From: Perkinsus chesapeaki ATCC PRA-425
Lineage: Eukaryota > Protista > Perkinsozoa
Direction: 5' to 3'
Assembly: GCA_013115145.1 (NCBI GenBank)
Contig: JAAPAO010000128.1
Coordinates: forward strand, 1-64,000
DNA: 64,000 nucleotides
Shown: one piece after another, positions 60,707 to 64,000 of the stretch
How positions within the stretch are numbered: position 1 is the stretch's first letter
How the letters are laid out: each line of letters begins with the position of its first letter
The notes under the pieces: generated by a model
What the model was told of the DNA's origin: nothing
The model's input: only the letters and a program-made list of their open reading frames with translations
Databases searched by the model: none
Translations under genes and position numbers: made by a program

Positions 60707-63700
60707 TTTCCTTTTCTGAACTTGTTTTTTCTAATCATGTACAGTAAGCTGTCGGATGATTTGACTGGCTTGACTTTGCTACCCATGCAGATTGACCGAC
60801 ATCTGTTAAGTATTTTCGTTTCATTCGTGCCTAGTTTATGAAGCCGGTGAGGCTCATGTTGGAGTGCGAGAGGTTTGTTGATTGCTGTCCGTTGCATAAG
60901 CGTCAAAGGGTGAGTGACGCAGCCGATCAAGTCGGGCAATCTATTGCATTTTCCTGCTGTACTTTACATTTCACGCCTTCGATTATGTCGTTTCGATACC
61001 TACTAACCGTCATAATACTACAGCAAGGCTGTAATTCGATTCCTTCGGAGATTATCTTAGTTCTCATAGTGTAAATTCGGGACTAACCCTCAAACAAAGA
61101 TCAGAAATCCACGACGATCTTTGGCAAGTGCATGGATCGACAAGTTTTGCGAGAATCTGAGCCGAGGATTGGAGAGTCTTATTACATACTCGGGTACTGA
61201 GGAGTGTACACCCTTTCCACACAAGACAACATCGGTTCTCAGACCGCAATGCTTTCCGAAGTATATAGTAGGCCAAGTCTCCAGGGCAAGTCGAAACGAA
61301 ATGCAATGATGGAGCAATCAAACAAATAGATGTGTTGATAGAATGTTGTGTATATAATACTCATTGATGGTCTCGAGTCCTTGGCAAACATCTTTTCATG
61401 AACTGCGATCGTGTTCGGTAATTATCCTACAACTGTTGTGTGTAACACACTTCTCCCGCCACAGCTAATCTACATCCGACTCAATCTAAGTTCATAATGA
61501 TTCATTATTAATAAACAATCGGAGATGATGGCGTCATCGAAGCAACCTTGGTATGGCAACTCTTTCAGAGGTACCAAAACTTGAAAATCACAAGTTGCGG
61601 AATTGAAGTTGCAACCTCCATCCTAGCTCGGATTCGTTATTGCAGTAATGACAAGGCAACTAGATTTGACAATTATCTCGAACTATAGACGAACCTAAAA
61701 CATGGGGTCGTCTGATGACATCCTTATATCCCATGTTCTGTTACAGAACTCCTGTAGCCAGGCAACAGTAGACTTGCACTCAAAATATATGTGTGGCACG
61801 GAACATACGATTCCACGACAGTGCGAATTGCAATCGGATTAACGGAATGAAAACTTGGATCCGGTGGAATGACAAACCAGTTGCTAGTAATTGAGATCCA
61901 ACAGCACCAGTCGCTTGACCATAAACTTTTAATGGCATGAAGCCTCATCTGTATTCCAGCCCGACCGAGTACAGGAGAGACTCGGTCAAGTTTGGGTTTT
62001 TTTATTGTAGTTCTACCGTCATGAGGTGCTACCGAGCTTAAGAGCAATAATAAAACTATTCACTCATTCCTGTGGCTGTTGTCGCCTACAAACTGTAGAC
62101 CATAATTTGTGTGTAAGATGGCAACGCTAGGAACCAAGTTGGTTCAACCAACGCCAACACTCATCTAGCAGCTTTGCGAATTGCACTAGAATTTCGCGTG
62201 GAATTAGATGCCTGACGGCTTTTGATTGAACTAGCTGATTCCATAAAATCTCACTTGACGAAGCGGGTATCTATAAAATATAAGATACGACAGTGTCATG
62301 ATGACATGACGGACTACTTCAATTCGTCATGTACCTATATCATACCTATTGGAAGACTCCACTAAGCCCGAGCGCCGACCGAGTTGAGTATTGGTTGAGA
62401 TTCACCTGCAAAGACGCGGTTTTCGTTCGATCCGCAAGGATCGAGAAAACCGCCCCAGTACATTTAACCTCATTGTTACCTTTGTGGTAACACCAGGCTA
62501 TCCAAAACAACGCAGTTTTCATCGTTCGTTGAGTTGAGCCTTTGTCACAGTCAGTTCGGTCGAAAATTGATGGAGTTTTTGTGAGGATGTCATAGTCAGT
62601 CTGGGCTCAGACTGACCGACTAAATAACGAGCTTATCACAGCAGTAAGATTATGAAACTTCTAGTGATGCCGGTATTATAATAGTTGGTTGATGAGGGAT
62701 ATCCCAAATCATTTTCCGTTCACCTCTTCGCAGTTGCAGCCTGAAGCATACAGCAATTGGCTCTATACCTCGTGAAGCGAACTTACTCAGTTCCCATAGC
62801 TTACGCAAACCGCCATAGCTATCGTTGACTGAGTATCACGTTTGACATTGTGAGAAAATCATCTGGTCGTGTTCCAAATGGGAGGGTGGCTTCAATCTCG
62901 TCTACTATGAATCATAGTCTATGATAGTTTATCGAGAAACGTTCCCAGTGATGTGTTAACAACTGAGTAGCAAGTGCGTTGGACCCGCAGCATGAGTAAT
63001 TGCTTCGTTCGAGCCCACTAGTTGCACGTCTGTGAGGGTCTTGCTTACTGGTATCAATTACGTCCCTAACAGGTTTTTATCCTATACAACAATCAAAAAT
63101 CGGTCGATCTTCTAGCATTTCTAGCTTAGCAGGTCCATCTGGGAGCACTGGCGCTGAAAAAAAGGTTATACAACTCACGTCGCTCCAGACAAGAACTGAT
63201 CCATCATCGCTAAGTGGAGCACTCTACAGTCTCTGCCCGTTCATACTCCGAGCAATACGAAGGTGCGAAAGAAGGCTTCTCTTCGCATATGCTTCGCCTT
63301 TCCCTCGCGCAATAAACGAGTGAATTACAGAACCTTCAATCTTAACGGCATCAGTTTTCAGAAACACCGAGTCAGGTAGACACGGGACTCGTGACAGAAC
63401 TCCTGTCACCGGAGATGCTTGACTGACCGCGCGCTCTGTCCCACTCTGAGATGTATCGTTGCCATTATTTGTGTGGCATAACCCTACGGAAGACTCCTCC
63501 TCTGGGGGTTGGATCGGGTTCGGCATCTTTAAGGCTCTAGCAGTATGGTCACTAGATTATTTGATACCTGCTTGCGTTTGAAGCCGGCAGGCTACAAACA
63601 TTCCGCGGAGCCCCAGCAGTGGCATCATGAGAAGTGCGACGTCACCCCGGCTGCCGGAGCCCGGCATCTCGCTTCGATCTGAGCCGAGATCCGTTTTATC

Positions 63701-63731
63701 GTTCTCAGTTTGAAGTGCGAGCTTTCCTCTC

Positions 63732-64000
63732 ATGGACTTCATCACGTCGAGCGAGAGACCTGTGTTCGGATCTCATATTCGAGGTACAACTCTGGATAAC
63801 ATCACCTCAAGATGTTATTTATTCTACAATTCGGAGGCATCCGAGAAAACTTACGAGCTGTCGAGACAAGTCGAGAAGTTAGATCTATTTTTAAGTCACT
63901 CATGGTCTGGTAGCCCTTTCTGGAAGCATATGACACTCGTTACCGTTCTATATGTCAAGTTTGGTTATATTGCAATGCTCCTCACTGTTATACCATTATC
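63732..64000 (+). CDS. Split-TIR membrane protein (copy 3, truncated by window end)
   Basis: ATG 63732: MDFITSSERPVFGSHIRG...VEKLDLFLSHSWSGSPFWKH; 63870-64000 is 130/131 identical to 55130-55260. Confidence 0.8.
   Translation, partial: MDFITSSERPVFGSHIRGTTLDNITSRCYLFYNSEASEKTYELSRQVEKLDLFLSHSWSGSPFWKHMTLVTVLYVKFGYIAMLLTVIPL

Noticed and set aside
63224-63526. 100-aa minus-strand ORF
   Set aside because: Low-complexity, no motif, no supporting neighbouring exons.

Overview
Gene-dense, intron-rich eukaryotic DNA with GT-AG introns, mostly 40-100 nt. The gene style suggests the alveolate parasite genus Perkinsus (inference, not proven). Most ORF-track entries are exon fragments or antisense shadows, so gene models were spliced by eye and many ends are approximate. 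Recognisable genes: S28 serine carboxypeptidase, CEP120 homolog, Sfi1-like repeat protein (plus a decayed duplicate), Sec14/GOLD protein, Cys-rich secreted protein, flavin monooxygenase, WW protein, VHS-GAT (TOM1-like) protein, DPAGT1, a ~23-exon NRPS-like A-T-R enzyme resembling fungal glycine betaine reductase ATRR but with a vestigial second reductase, a HEAT-like protein, histidine acid phosphatase and an F-box/LRR protein. The last 10 kb is an accessory compartment holding three intronless split-TIR polytopic membrane genes and a decayed DDE transposase-like relic. The most unusual signal is non-coding: many sequence-unrelated perfect palindromes with a single central base, often chained as X-n-X'-n-X. 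They are densest at 56.9-58.9 kb, and related inverted insertions mark the lesions of the pseudogene at 4.6-5.5 kb, pointing to a hairpin/fold-back repair process. One 100-N gap (42010-42109) lies inside the NRPS-like gene. No rRNA, tRNA or CRISPR array was recognised.
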